Of a stretch of DNA of 64,000 nt, positions 26,335 through 39,274 are shown piece after piece. The notes beneath the pieces are model-generated. The model did not search any database. It was not told where the DNA came from and saw nothing but the letters and a program-made list of their open reading frames with translations. The stretch spans positions 26,102,001 to 26,166,000 of the forward strand of contig OZ024740.1 in the NCBI GenBank assembly GCA_964016885.1. The letters run 5' to 3'. A program made the translations under genes and the position numbers. The stretch is from Eledone cirrhosa (lineage: Eukaryota). Every line of letters starts with the position of its first letter. The stretch's first letter is position 1.

Positions 26335-26941
26335 GATATTAAACAAATGGAAACTATATTTATAAAACCATATTTATTTCGTTATATATATTTCTGGGAT
26401 ATCATTAAAAATATGGTATGCCTTCCTCAGACAAAATACAATATATAAGCTTCCCTCCTTAACCTCTCACTTGTACGCTGATCATCTGTCCCCAAGCTGC
26501 CTACCATTTTTTCACTTCCTCAATATATTTCTCTCTCCCATATCTCCTTCTCTCTCTATCTCGCTCTGTTGTTTTTCTTTACATACATCTCTTCATCTTC
26601 TTCTTTTTATCTTCGTTTTTCTTCGTCTTTCTTTCTCTATAACTGTCCTTAACAGTTTCACTACCAAATCAACTTTTTAAATGGAAGTTGCATTATTATT
26701 ATAAGGTATGCCAAAAATTATTTATAAAACAGCTTATGTATTGTATTTTGTCTGAGGAAGTCATACCATATTTTTAATATGATATCCCAGAAATATATAT
26801 AACGAAATAAATATGGTTTTATAAATATAGTTTCCATTTGTTTAATATCGTAAACCTACTCCAGAAACTGTTGAGTGCTTTTATATCAGTTATAAAATAT
26901 TTACTCGTTGTAACCCAACAATTTTAAATAAAACTTTTGCA
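26332..26941 (+). mobile_element. Penelope-like terminus with ~120-bp inverted arms, each holding a hammerhead
   Basis: 26332-26451 is the reverse complement of ~26731-26852. The spacer is CT-rich, the tail contains TTGAGTGC, and (TA)n flanks the insert. Confidence 0.78.
26746..26807 (+). ncRNA. Minimal type I hammerhead (second copy on - strand at 26377-26436)
   Basis: TTTTGT-CTGAGGA-[helix II]-GAAA-TATATA-TA-ACGAAA, with palindromic helix III. Confidence 0.7.
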
Positions 26942-27769
26942 TATATATATATATATATATATTGTTATGCTTTGGGAGGGTCATGTTGCCAATAATTCAG
27001 AAACGAAATATATTTATATATATATATATATATATAATATAATATATATATATATGTAATATAATATATATATGCATATATATGCATATATATTTGTGTG
27101 TGTGTGTGTGTGTAATGAAAACTGGTGCAGATTTGAAAGAAAGTTCCTCAGATTTTATGTTTCTATTAAATTCCTTTGTTTTAACCATCGAAGATGTTAG
27201 AATCCATCTTTTAGTTTTATGTTTTTGCAGAAACGTAAAGGAAAAGACATGGATTTCATTTCTTTTTTATTTCTGTGCATTTCCTGTGCTGATTATTTTA
27301 TTTGATTCTGTTTTTAATTGCTATTGCTGTCTACTACTTCTTATTCTCCCCCCCCCCTTCTCCTCCTCCATTATTTCAATTTTCATCTTTAATTCAAAGG
27401 TCGTGTCAACCTAATATATGTCTGCCTGATATAGTTGTGAGCTTTTGGTGCTATTTGCATTTTATATAATTTATAGAATATTCCTTGAACATGGATGTAG
27501 CAAGGTCAAATGTCTGAGCACCTTGTTTCGTATCTATAATTTCTCGGGTTCGAATCACACACCTTGCCACCAGGGAAAAGTATCATCTAAAAGAGTCTCT
27601 GTGCGAACCTAGTATTTTTTGTGAAATTGTGTAGGCGAAAAGCTGCAGTGAATCGAACGGATGGGATGTACCTGTGGTTCAAAGACTTGAAACAAATTGT
27701 AAACCAGTCATTAATTCGGTTGCAACCAATTGATATGAAAATCTGTGCGCATGTGGTTAGATTGTCTCA

Positions 27770-28102
27770 GGAAAAATTCGGTGGACAGATGACACAGAAG
27801 CAGACCCCGTCCCCTCCCGAAGGGGATGTTTGGATAACATCCAGGAGCTTGGCTGGTCTCGTTTGAGGATCCAGCTGGATCATTTGGAGAGTGTTGCTTC
27901 TGACAGGAACCACTGGATGGAGTATTTGAAGACACTGCCCCTACGACTCTCTCAGGAAGAAGAAGAAGAAGAAGAAGAAGAAGACGAAGAAGAAGAAGAA
28001 GAAGAAGAAGAAGAAGAAGAAGAAGAAGAAGAAGAAGAAGAAGAAGAAGAAGAAGAAGAAGAAGAAGAAGAAGAAGAAGAAGAAGAAGAAGAAGAAGAAG
28101 AA
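27770..28102 (+). mobile_element. RTE-type LINE 3' end with long (GAA)n tail
   Basis: LDNIQELGWSRL.I....LE.VASDR.HW..L..LP.R is homologous to 39541-39777 (-) and 61650-61800 (+). Confidence 0.75.
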
Positions 28103-28797
28103 ATGATGTATAACAGAAACTATGGTTCAGTATACATAATTGTATTTACAAACCCATTTCTCACTATGATAGGTAGAGCTACATCCCCAAAGAACAGCTC
28201 TGTTCTTCTTGTAGATATACCCTTTTACAAAGATACCCTAACACACTAAACCAGTTACAATAAGCAATGCTCCTCGCTTCACTTATATTCCAAGACATCA
28301 TCTCAGATTTTTCTTCTGATTTGAAATCTTCTCTAACTTCTTACAATATAAGGAAGCTATTGAGCTGAGGCTCAGAATTGTTCTGTATCTGATAGCGACG
28401 TAAGTTAGGTTTATAGATATCTCTGGTACGATATCATCTTAACCCTACCTCAAGGGATCTATAACCAATAATATGTTCAGATACACTGGTGTACAGGCAT
28501 ATCATATAGTGGAGTTAGACGAACATCTGATAATGTTTAAATATTATCTAGCGTTGTCGGCCTCAGCTGTTTTCTCTAGATTGTGTAATCATTTAAAGTT
28601 AACTAATAAACTCACATCCCCCAAACTATTATTCTATTATCTCGTCAGATTCTCTCCTCACATATGTCTTACATTTTCCTGACATTAATATTGATTTCTT
28701 CCTGAAGCTGATATTGAGCTAAGCGTCGTTATATGAGGCAGCTGTCAGCCTTTCTCCATTATAGTGATTGGAAAACTTATCAATCATACTTTTAGGA

Positions 28798-29921
28798 CAG
28801 GGGTTCCTAACCGTTTTGCCTCATCACCCACTTTCACGTGGAAGAATTTACCACTGTCCACCTGTACAGTGAATATTTATAAGCTTAAACTTGGGATGGT
28901 CAGATTCCCTGATATATACTTCTCCGCATAATACTAGTATTGACGTCATAAAAAGTTAGTTTACAGACGAGTAACAAAAGGTAGCCAATCTGTTTAACTC
29001 TTACAAACAAAATATAAATCAACAAATTCTGCATTATGAGATTTTTTATCGAACATAGTGTAACATGTAACGCCTTCTTCTTCGAAGATTTAACTCTTTA
29101 TCCTATATGCCGTTGAAAGTTTACACTACTGCAAACGGCAGTTTTACCGCTCAACCAGCTAGACAATTCATTTTTTGAAACATCTTTTTTAAAAGTGATA
29201 TTGCACACATTGATAATTGAATTCTTTATAATCTTACGTGCTTTACACTTTCGTCCGGATTTACTTAAGTATATTATATCCTTGGATACCGAGTTAGGTT
29301 ACTCTATCAATTATCATGGGGTAATTTTACAATTATTTATTTGTTTTCATATTGTTTGTGACTATTTGACGCATTCATTTATATTGTACATTATCTTACA
29401 CTTATTTTATAGTTGCCATCCGATATAATGGCCAGATTCGTTGAAAAAAACAAACAATAACAAAGGAAAATACCCATATCATTTCCAACCCGAGACTGGT
29501 GTAAGTGTAAAATTTACCAAATCAACAACACATCTAGTTGACAAAATAACTTTAATAACTATGGAAAAATGAAAATATATAGGTAATTCTAACAGGGCCA
29601 GATTTAAACCCTGGGGGTGGGGTTCTAGTGGCCGGGTGTCCCTCTTAAAGAAAAAATATGACCAGTAATAGATAAATGTAAATACATAAATTAGGGATGT
29701 CACCAGCTATTCCCGTTTAGGCTCCTGTTTTTTTATACATGTTCTTTGCACATCTCCTTTGAATACGGTTTCAGGTAGCATCTGTTGATTACCTTCTAAA
29801 TACTCAAAATTATATATCGCCCGCCAACATTTCCAATCGCTCACCATTTTCTTTTCAGTTATTCATCGCCCACAAATCGGCTGAAATCGGTGGGCGATAT
29901 CGCCCAGGTTGGGCAACTCTG
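28798..29921. mobile_element. Non-autonomous hAT (Charlie-like) element
   Basis: TIRs CAGGGGTTCCTAACC / GGTTGGGCAACTCTG. The flanks TTTTAGGA / CTTTAGGT fit a decayed 8-bp TSD. A second hAT-like end, CAGGGCCAGATTTA, lies at ~29592. Confidence 0.65.
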
Positions 29922-31108
29922 CTTTAGGTCACCTCGTACACGGCAGATTTCTACACACATTCTCAAAAAGAGCTTCCAAAAGTATGTTCTATTATTTTTT
30001 TTTTTTCCATTGGCTGCTGTTGATGCCTTAGTATGGATAATTGTGACCTTGTGTCTGTATTATAAATCTTTGTTAATTCTACTACCAGAAAAACCACCTT
30101 TCGGGTAGTTTTCTGCTAGCATATGTAGTGTGCATATTGATAGTACACGCTCGTATATATACATGTAGATATGTTACATCAAATAAAATTGTAATTGACA
30201 ATATACACAGAAATTGAACGAAGATGTTGTTACACTGTCTTATGTAATCAGTAACGTAATCCATGATACATTAAAAAAGACGATATTATATATAAACTGC
30301 ATTAGGAGAAATTTAGTGACGGAAATATATGAATGTTTATTTAGGCGATCGCTAACCGGAAACGTCGACATTTGAACATTTTAAAGAAGTGAAACTTAAA
30401 ATAAGCAACAAAATTATTTATATTTAATCAAGAATAATGAAATTTAGTAGATAAATTATGTAATATTAATTCATTATTTATTCAAAGTAATCCAACTTTT
30501 TTTACAAACGGGATATAAAAAAAATATATTCTGGACGCAGTCCCGCCCTCCTTACTTTATTGTAGCTTAGATTATTGCTCTAGTTACTTTTGTAATTTAT
30601 GTTATGAAGTTGGAAGTGGAACGACACATATGAGATAGTCATGTGCATCATATAACACCTCGATTGAATTACTGCCCTGGTTGACATCATGCTAGAAAAT
30701 AATTCAACTCTGATCAATTGGTTATGTTATACAAAGTTCAGATAAAACACATATTGGAATGTTGCTCATATTTTCCGAAGAACAATCCTACTACAAATAT
30801 AAACATCCCGGGGCCACATCTAAAGAAAAATCCCCTATGGGATAGGTCATGAATACTGCCCTTCCTCTTCTCATTAAACCATAATGAAACTAATTTATAT
30901 TTTACTCAGAGATATTGGGGCTCTGATCTACAATGCATCACATTGTCTGTGTGGCTCACTATATTGTTCTAGCAAGACTTTCTTTTAACTTTCATCGTCA
31001 AATGAATAAAATATGGGGAGAAGTGGGATACAGAAATTAGTTGAGGTTAAACAGACTCCGCGGCGAAATATGAACTGAAAATAGTTTAGCTGAAGGCAGA
31101 GACCTTAC

Positions 31109-31162
31109 CCTGGCCGCAGAAGGCTGACTTTGACCTTACCCTGGCCGCAGAAGGCTGACTTT
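31109..31162. repeat. Exact 31-bp tandem duplication
   Basis: GACCTTACCCTGGCCGCAGAAGGCTGACTTT x2 (begins ~31100). Confidence 0.85.
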
Positions 31163-32267
31163 CAATTAACTAATGATTCAGGTGAAATGTTGTTTAGCAA
31201 CATCGACTGATTCGATGAGCGAAGGTTAGTGAGAGAGATGTCGTATGTATATACGTCAATGAGTGCATGCATATGCCTGTGTGCGAGCGATTCTCTGCGC
31301 GCGCGTGTGTGTGTGTGTGTGTGTGTGTGTTTGAGTGAGAGAGTATAAGAGAAGGGGAGAGATAAAGAATGAGAGAGATTGAAAAGTCAGAGAGAGACAG
31401 AGAAATACAGAGATAAAGGGATAAAAGGAAAGGAAAGGAAAACCAGGTCAAATGCTGAATTTTATTTAATGAACATTTGCTTTTGTCTCCCGTCAATACA
31501 GTCGAAAATGGCTGCTGGGAGAGAGAGCGGTTCAAGAACAGAGAAACATACAAACACACACACACACACATACACATACATACACACACAAAATCTCACA
31601 TATATACTCACATGTATACACACACAGAAACATAAACTGACAGATACAACAACACAGAATCAAAGTCATATATACACATACATCCACAAACATGACCTCA
31701 TACACTCACACACAAACACACATACACACAAATAGAGACACATACACATAAACACAAACATAAACACACATTACCATACACACAAACATAAACCCACATA
31801 TTTACACAAACAAAAATGTAAATTCAGAAAAAAGGGTTAGGGAGAAGGTAAAAGAAATGACATACAATTAAAGAGGGGTGTTAATCAAAATGCGAAGGAA
31901 TTCCCGGACCAAATTATTAATAACTTATTAAAATGTCTATTTGCTCGTGGCTATAATGTAGCAGTTGTGCAACATGACGTTCTATTTTGTAGCCGTTAAC
32001 AACAGAAGGGGTCTTGTATTAATTCAATGAAGAACATGTCTCGCAAATAATGTAGATCTCACATAGCTTTTCAGCTATCGACCATTCCAATGTCCGCTTT
32101 ATGAATTATTCACTATTATCATTCATCAGCTAGTTGTGTGTGTGTGTGTGTGCGCGTGCGCGTGTATCTGTGTATGTGTGTATGTGTCAAATTTTATATA
32201 AATATATATATATATATATAAAATTTATATATACATATGTAAAATTTATATATATATATATAAATGT

Positions 32268-32300
<33 letters not shown>

Positions 32301-32330
32301 ATGTTATATATATATATATCTGTGTGTGTG

Positions 32331-32600
32331 TGAATCAAGTAATTCCGTCGGAAAGTCCAGGAAAAAAGAGTGCTCTATGTAGGTTACAGAGCTTAATAGT
32401 TATGTAAACAACATAAGATAATTATTTCATTTCTTAATGAAATAATTATCTTATGTTGTTTATTACATAACTATATATATAGATAAAATTTAATATAGAA
32501 ATAGCTTCTACAGGACTAGAAAAGTTTTATTCGAAGGAGAAAATATTGAATACCTTACATAGTGTGTGGTTACCCCCAATTAAACCCGGGCTCATATGTT
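32331..32600. mobile_element. Two adjacent fold-back termini (hairpin at ~32397-32473; family A fragment at ~32500-32597)
   Basis: TAGTTATGTAAACAACATAAGATAATTATTT / AAATAATTATCTTATGTTGTTTATTACATAACTA. CTTCTACAGGACTAGAA is the reverse complement of the family A hammerhead 3' end. Confidence 0.6.
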
Positions 32601-32762
32601 TATATATATATATATATATTTATTTATATATATATGTTTATATATATATATATGTGTGTGTGTGTGGGTGTGTGTGTGTAAGTATGTATGTGTCTGTATC
32701 TGTGTGTGTATGTCTGCGCGCGGGTGTATAAGTGCTCATCCGCTGTAGGTTTTTCAACGAAT

Positions 32763-32872
32763 GTACTCTGAGGTGTTGACCAGAGGTAAATAATGTATTG
32801 GAGATCGAGTGACGCAACCTCAAGCGATTAGAAACTCTAAACTCACATGATCAACGAAACAATTGTCAGTAC
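32763..32872 (+). ncRNA. Type I hammerhead with long helix II and an A9>U change
   Basis: GTACT-CTGAGGT-GTTGACCA...TGATCAAC-GAAA-CAATTG-TC-AGTAC. The tail runs to (TA)n at ~33089. Confidence 0.7.
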
Positions 32873-33086
32873 TTTAAATAAAGCCCTTATTGTACAGCCA
32901 ACCATGTTACTCTTCATTCTTTAACTATTATTACTCCAAGTATAACCTGCATAGAAATTACCGCGAACTCGCTGCATAACTATGGAAGCATCTTGTTGAG
33001 TCAAACAAAGCCGTACGTTAAAACTATCCACGACGCAGTGTACTCACAACCTCTAACTGGATTACATATAACGATAACTTGTTATC

Positions 33087-33151
<65 letters not shown>

Positions 33152-33157
<6 letters not shown>

Positions 33158-33451
33158 CAAGAAAACGAAAGTCAGTGATGCATCTGGACTTAGTTTATAT
33201 CGTGTTACAAATGTTTCGCCAGCATGTAGCTCTCGTATGGATCTGGCTGATTCTACAGAAGTAGAATCAGCCAGATCCATACAAGGACCATGCCTCGAGC
33301 TACATGCCGGCGAAACATTTGTAACACGAAATAAACTAAGTCCAGATGCATCACTGATTTTTCTTTTTCTTGATAATATCTACACTCTATTCTCATGAAT
33401 ATCGAGTGCTAATTTTGGCATACCGCCTACGGATGCACCATAGCTACCACT
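33152..33451 (+). mobile_element. Fold-back terminus with 3' half of a hammerhead
   Basis: Inverted arms ~33152-33256 / 33261-33377. GCCGGC-GAAA-C(ATTT)G-TA-ACACG at ~33306-33329. The tail contains TCGAGTGC. Confidence 0.7.
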
Positions 33452-33453
33452 AT

Positions 33454-33493
<40 letters not shown>

Positions 33494-33523
33494 TTATATT
33501 AATTTTATATTATTTATTATTAT

Positions 33524-33565
<42 letters not shown>

Positions 33566-33627
33566 ATAATAATAAATTTGAAGCGATTCTTTGCTTAAAC
33601 TTTAATCTGTTATTTTAATAATTATAA

Positions 33628-33741
<114 letters not shown>

Positions 33742-33822
33742 GGTAAACATAAATATCAACACAATCGGTACAGTATATGGAAGAGATATATTAGGTTAAC
33801 GTTTAATATAGCATGAAGAGGG

Positions 33823-33858
33823 TCTTAACGTTTCGGATGCTAGTCCTTCATCAGAAGA
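33823..33858 (-). ncRNA. Canonical minimal Penelope-type hammerhead (family D, insert ~33736-33915)
   Basis: TCTT-CTGATGA-A-GGA(CTAGCA)TCC-GAAA-CG-TT-AAGA, with helix III reduced to the palindrome AACGTT. Confidence 0.85.
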
Positions 33859-34387
33859 AAGAATAAGAAATAAGTTAGATTGAAGGGACAGGCGGCTTGG
33901 AATTTAAAAATTCAGCGTCCTCATATCTCTATACATACGTTCTATACATATGTTCAATAAATAACAATTTTGAAAGCACAGCTATGAATATTGAGAGGAT
34001 GACGGCCAGTGCCGTCCAGCGGATTCCAGAATGCTGTATATCTTTAATTATACGAAATTAGCACACATATACATACATTCATACAATTTCTCCCCCACCC
34101 AAATCCGTTTCTGCACTGTATTATTCTCCCTTGTCGTTTAGTTTTCATTATTTTTATCATATATATATTTATATATATATATATATATAAGAGAGTATTG
34201 AAGTTTGCTTGAAGCACTGTGGAATAATAAGATTTGTTTTCTTTTGATCGTTTTGGAAGCCTCAACAATGCAGATGGGTAATTCTCCGGGTAACAGGATC
34301 CGGTGGTGAAGAGAGAGATGTAAGGGAATGTAGAATGAGATGTATAGTGTGTAGAGGAACGTAGGAAAGAGCGTAAAAAATAAAAAT

Positions 34388-34530
34388 AATTGTTTCTACT
34401 TTTGGCACAAGACCAGCAATTACCCAGTGCATTACTGGTACTTTATTTTATCGACCCCGTAAGGATGAAAGACAAAGTGAACCTCGGCGGGATTTGAACT
34501 CAAACCGTAAAGGGACGTAACTATGGTGGA
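34388..34530 (-). mobile_element. SINE, 5'-truncated
   Basis: Reverse complement of the 24996-25220 family, including the B box. Confidence 0.8.
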
Positions 34531-34726
34531 AACACGAGATAGAGTTACCATGGGAGAGATTTAATTGTCCCTATATTTCGGATTCGCATACATCAACTGG
34601 GGGGATTTTCCGAGGCGGGAGGGGGGTTATCTGTCGGAGAGGAACGAAATATATATATAAATATATATAAACATACACTCACATACACACACCTGCATGT
34701 ATGTGTATATTAATATATATGTATAT

Positions 34727-34782
<56 letters not shown>

Positions 34783-35253
34783 AATAGTAATAAAAAGGAC
34801 GATTTGTTATGTCTTCATTACGTTCATTGAGTAGCGACGCGCATTTCATTACTGATCAGCTCTAGGTTCGATCTGTATCGATATAGCCCGATTCCGGAAT
34901 CAAAAGCTCGTCGGACTTCTGTTGTGGTATGTAAACAGAACTGCAGGCACTCATGTTTCTGGGTATTACCCTTCATCAGTACATTTCACTGTTCACCTGC
35001 CAACTCTCAGAGCTAGTGAAAATATACAGTGACTGATCGAACTGATTTGCATATTAACAGAGTGGCTGATCTGTCAGATCTGCATATTAGCTCACTGGAC
35101 AGTCAGTTTCCTGTATACGAGTGTCTGCAGTTCTGTTTACATGCCAACACAAAAGCAAGCAGGGGCTCATTCTACTGACATGGCTTTAAAATCGAGGCTG
35201 TTTGCATGATTGCAAACGAATGGAATATTATTGTTAATATACGAAAAACTTAG

Positions 35254-35368
<115 letters not shown>

Positions 35369-35441
35369 CGAAAAAAAGATGAAATCGAAAACGCAACTGG
35401 AGTCTTATTTAAAAAAATATATATATATATTTATTTGGTTC

Positions 35442-35477
35442 CTTTACCGGTTTCGCAGTTCTTCTGCTTTTCAAAAG
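35442..35477 (-). ncRNA. Minimal type I hammerhead, U3-A8 core variant (family G, insert ~35367-35566; related tail at 5278-5420)
   Basis: CTT-TTGAAAA-GCAG(AAGAA)CTGC-GAAA-CCGG-TA-AAG, with palindrome ACCGGT. Confidence 0.7.
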
Positions 35478-36374
35478 TAGAGTTGAGATGGAGAGTCTGT
35501 GGTTTTTCTCACATCTGTGGTTTTTCTCACATCTGTGGTTTCTCTCACGTCTGTGGTTTTTCTCAATATTATATATATATATAGAGAGAGAGATATATAT
35601 ATAACCATAAATGAAACGTAAAAGCGAAGTAGTTTAATACTTATCATTAATTAATTAACTCAATTATTTTCTTCTACCATTATCTCATCCTGATTCGTGT
35701 GTTTGAAAGTTGCTTGCCTGAAGTATTGAAATATTCTTTTCATCGAAATGACAAATAGTATTGTGTAGTTATGGCAACCTTATTCCAAATATTCCTCTTT
35801 TTACCAGGTAGTAGCAGGTAATGTGAGTGCGATTTACGGCTTTCTCACGAAGGTTTATTGGTCTCGTAGAGGTGTAATAAATAAGTTTGTTAGTCATGGG
35901 TAGAAAGTTTTTCATATCGATCGCTGTGTCTGGGAATATCGGTGGCTTAAAAGCAACCACTAAACCACTCACCACTACTACAATTACTAAAACTAATACT
36001 GCTGCTGCTGCTATGCTGCTACTACTACACGATTCTTCTCTATGTATTTATGTATGTATATTTGTATATAAGCATGTATATTTGTTCGGGAGTTTGTTGT
36101 AATTCTGTACCCACTTATAAACCAAGGATAGGAATTCATATAAATATTAGACTAGCAGAAATTTACGGACTGATAGATAGATCCTTCTCTTAGTAAGCGA
36201 CATTGTAATCTGTGAGCACAGGTTTATGACGTCTGCACATAAGCTGTTGCCCAGGCATCCGGGTTTCGATTTTATTTCTTATGTTACGCACATGAGTAGG
36301 GAAATAATTACAGAGTTGGATTTTTATAACCAAACAAGATACATTCATGATTTAGACGTGTTGGGTGGTATAAC

Positions 36375-36768
36375 TACGATGGTCTGTTGAAAAGTTCATA
36401 GGCTGAAACGTCCCTAAGCTGACTAAGATACTTTCATAGAATGACCTATTGAGGTTTACTTTTCAACACAGTCCCAGTAAAGAAACAATTCAGTTAATAA
36501 TTGTTTATACTTTTGACACAAGGCCATCAATTATCCCAGTACATTACTGGTACTTTATTTTATCGACCTCGTAAGGATGAAAGGCAAAGTTAACCTCGGC
36601 GGGATTTGAACTCAGATCATAAAGGGGCGTAACTCTATGCTTCAAAGCATGGCATCCGACTCTCTACCGATACAGCCAATCCACCGCCAGTTAATATTGT
36701 GAGACGAAAGTAATGTATGCAAGATTCGACAGCACTAGCATCACTCCTTCATAGTCAGCCTATGAACT
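36375..36768. mobile_element. Mariner-type MITE interrupted by a SINE
   Basis: TACGATGGTCTGTTGAAAAGTTCATAGGCTGA ... TCAGCCTATGAACT. The body is homologous to 20374-20571. Confidence 0.7.
36500..36687 (-). mobile_element. Full-length SINE with 9-bp TSD
   Basis: CAGTTAATA at 36491-36499 and 36688-36696. A and B boxes lie on the minus strand. Confidence 0.85.
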
Positions 36769-36832
36769 CTCTCTCTCTTTCACACACACATACACACGCA
36801 CACACACACACATACACGCACACACACGCACG

Positions 36833-36937
<105 letters not shown>

Positions 36938-37200
36938 TCCATGACATGGTGACCTGAACAGTCCTGCTTTTTCTCAAGAAAAATAAAATATATTTTCGAT
37001 TCTGCCACTCCTCATTTTCCTGTGTTTTTCTATTTTTTCTCTAATTTCTCATTGTAAGAGAGGACTAGCATCCGAAATGTTAAGACACTGTTCCTAATAT
37101 ATCATGCAAAAAACTTATGTATTTCTTCATTGTATTGTGTCATTTGCTTTGTTATTTCTGCATATACATACATTATATCTATCCATCTATCTATCTATAT

Positions 37201-37268
<68 letters not shown>

Positions 37269-37269
<1 letters not shown>

Positions 37270-37505
37270 GGAAAATAGTCAGAACCCCGACGGCAGAGCT
37301 CAAGCCGTTTCGACGGCTATTTCTGGACTATTCCAGAACTGACTCTTTTCCTATTACCCACTCTACTACCCAAAGAATCAAATACTCCGGTGCGATATGG
37401 TCCACCTGGTTCCTTACCACACTTCGTTTGTTTTATTTTAGTCTTCAGGAGTCCAGAATTAGCCGTCGAAACGGCTTGAGCTCAGCTGTCGGGGTCTTAC
37501 GGGTT

Positions 37506-37508
<3 letters not shown>
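37269..37508 (+). mobile_element. Rearranged family B terminus
   Basis: Contains both orientations of CCCCGAC..GAGCTCAAGCCGTTTCGACGGCTA and the family B tail. Confidence 0.75.
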
Positions 37509-37560
<52 letters not shown>

Positions 37561-37564
<4 letters not shown>

Positions 37565-37783
37565 TAAAACAATGAAATAAAAAATCAAGTCATTAGTGAA
37601 GTATATCTCTAATGACTTGATTTTTTATTTCTTTGTTTTAACTTATATCAGGACTCTGTTTTCCTTTTAATGTGTTATTGTTTTCCGGGATTTATCTTAA
37701 CCTACAACATTTTCAACATATGGATTACATTGAGTTCTTCATGCAGAATAGACCCCACAACTTACTGTGGATACCTCTGTGTA
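37561..37783 (+). mobile_element. Fold-back terminus (35-bp arms) with tail related to 4632-4766
   Basis: AAATAAAAAATCAAGTCATTAG / CTAATGACTTGATTTTTTATTT. TACATTGAGTTCTTCAT is shared with the minus strand at ~4675-4691. Confidence 0.6.
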
Positions 37784-38245
37784 TATATATATATTGTAGA
37801 GTGTCACTAAATCAAATGATCAAATACTTTATCCTATTCAATATAGTCTTGACGTCGTACAGGAGAATGTGTAGCTAGAGTGAGGGTGAATGTAAGTGAA
37901 TCTGAGTGAGATAGTGTGACAGAAAGCCTTCTTAGAGTCTGTCTGTGACAAGGAATTAAGCAGACGATAACTAAAATAAGGAAGAACAAAAGTATGAAAC
38001 AAACTTAACGAATAAGCATAAAAACAACCTTCAGTAATCGACTTCGTTAAATCGAAATCTTTTCGTACGAAGATTTGGTAACGAAGAAAAAATAATAAGG
38101 ATTACAAAAACAAAAAAAAACAAACTAAAATAAAATAATAGAAAAATATAAAGCAAACGCAGCACTGGACTTAATCTTTATTCTGTACTGACCTTTATAA
38201 AGAGAATGTGTGGCTATACACATACACATATATATATTTATATAT

Positions 38246-38385
<140 letters not shown>

Positions 38386-38410
38386 TTATATATATTCATC
38401 TATCTATCTA

Positions 38411-38479
<69 letters not shown>

Positions 38480-38482
<3 letters not shown>

Positions 38483-38670
38483 CCAGTAAGACCCCGACAG
38501 CTGAGCTCAAGCCGTTTCGACGGCTAATTCTGAGTCCAGAATTAGCCGTCGAAACGGCTTGAGCTCAGCTGTCGGGGTCTTACTGGTTCCTATTACCCAC
38601 TCTACTGCCTCAAGTATTGAGTACTTTGGTGCGTTATGGTCCACCTGGTTCCTTACCACATTTCCTTCGT

Positions 38671-38671
<1 letters not shown>
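38480..38671 (+). mobile_element. Family B terminus with 110-bp palindrome
   Basis: 38480-38589 is a near-perfect inverted repeat. GAAA-CGGCT(TGAGCTC)AGCTG-TC-GGGGTC is a hammerhead 3' half. Confidence 0.8.
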
Positions 38672-38707
<36 letters not shown>

Positions 38708-38893
38708 ATTTATTTATATATATATATTCATCTATATATATATATCTATATATATATATCTATATATCTATCTATCTATCTATCTATATATATGTATAGA
38801 TAGATAGATATATAGATAGATAGATATATAGATATATATAGATGAATATATATATATATAAATATATATATACATATATATATATATATATTA

Positions 38894-38976
<83 letters not shown>

Positions 38977-38978
38977 CT

Positions 38979-39013
<35 letters not shown>

Positions 39014-39274
39014 ATATGTGTATGTGTGTGTGCATGTATGTGTGTGTATGTGTGTGTATGTATGTGTGTGTATTTGCAACCATTGCGTCAAGAAATCGTG
39101 TGTTCTTAATCCATCTGAGAAAATCTAAGATAATCCAGAGAGGAACCGAAAGGAACATGTGCCATTAATGGTCGTCTGTCCTCCATTCTTGAGGTTTAAC
39201 AGACTGACTGAGTGTCTGAGTGTTAGTATCGGGACATATTCCACATAACATTCTTATAATCGCTTTCATTTATG

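Noticed and set aside
27830-28249. Poly-Glu ORF
   Set aside because: It is an RTE 3' end reading into its (GAA)n tail.
35765-35890. Cluster of homeodomain-type sites (TTATGG, TTTACGG, TTTATTG)
   Set aside because: Short AT-rich motifs are expected by chance here, and the claim is unsupported without conservation data.
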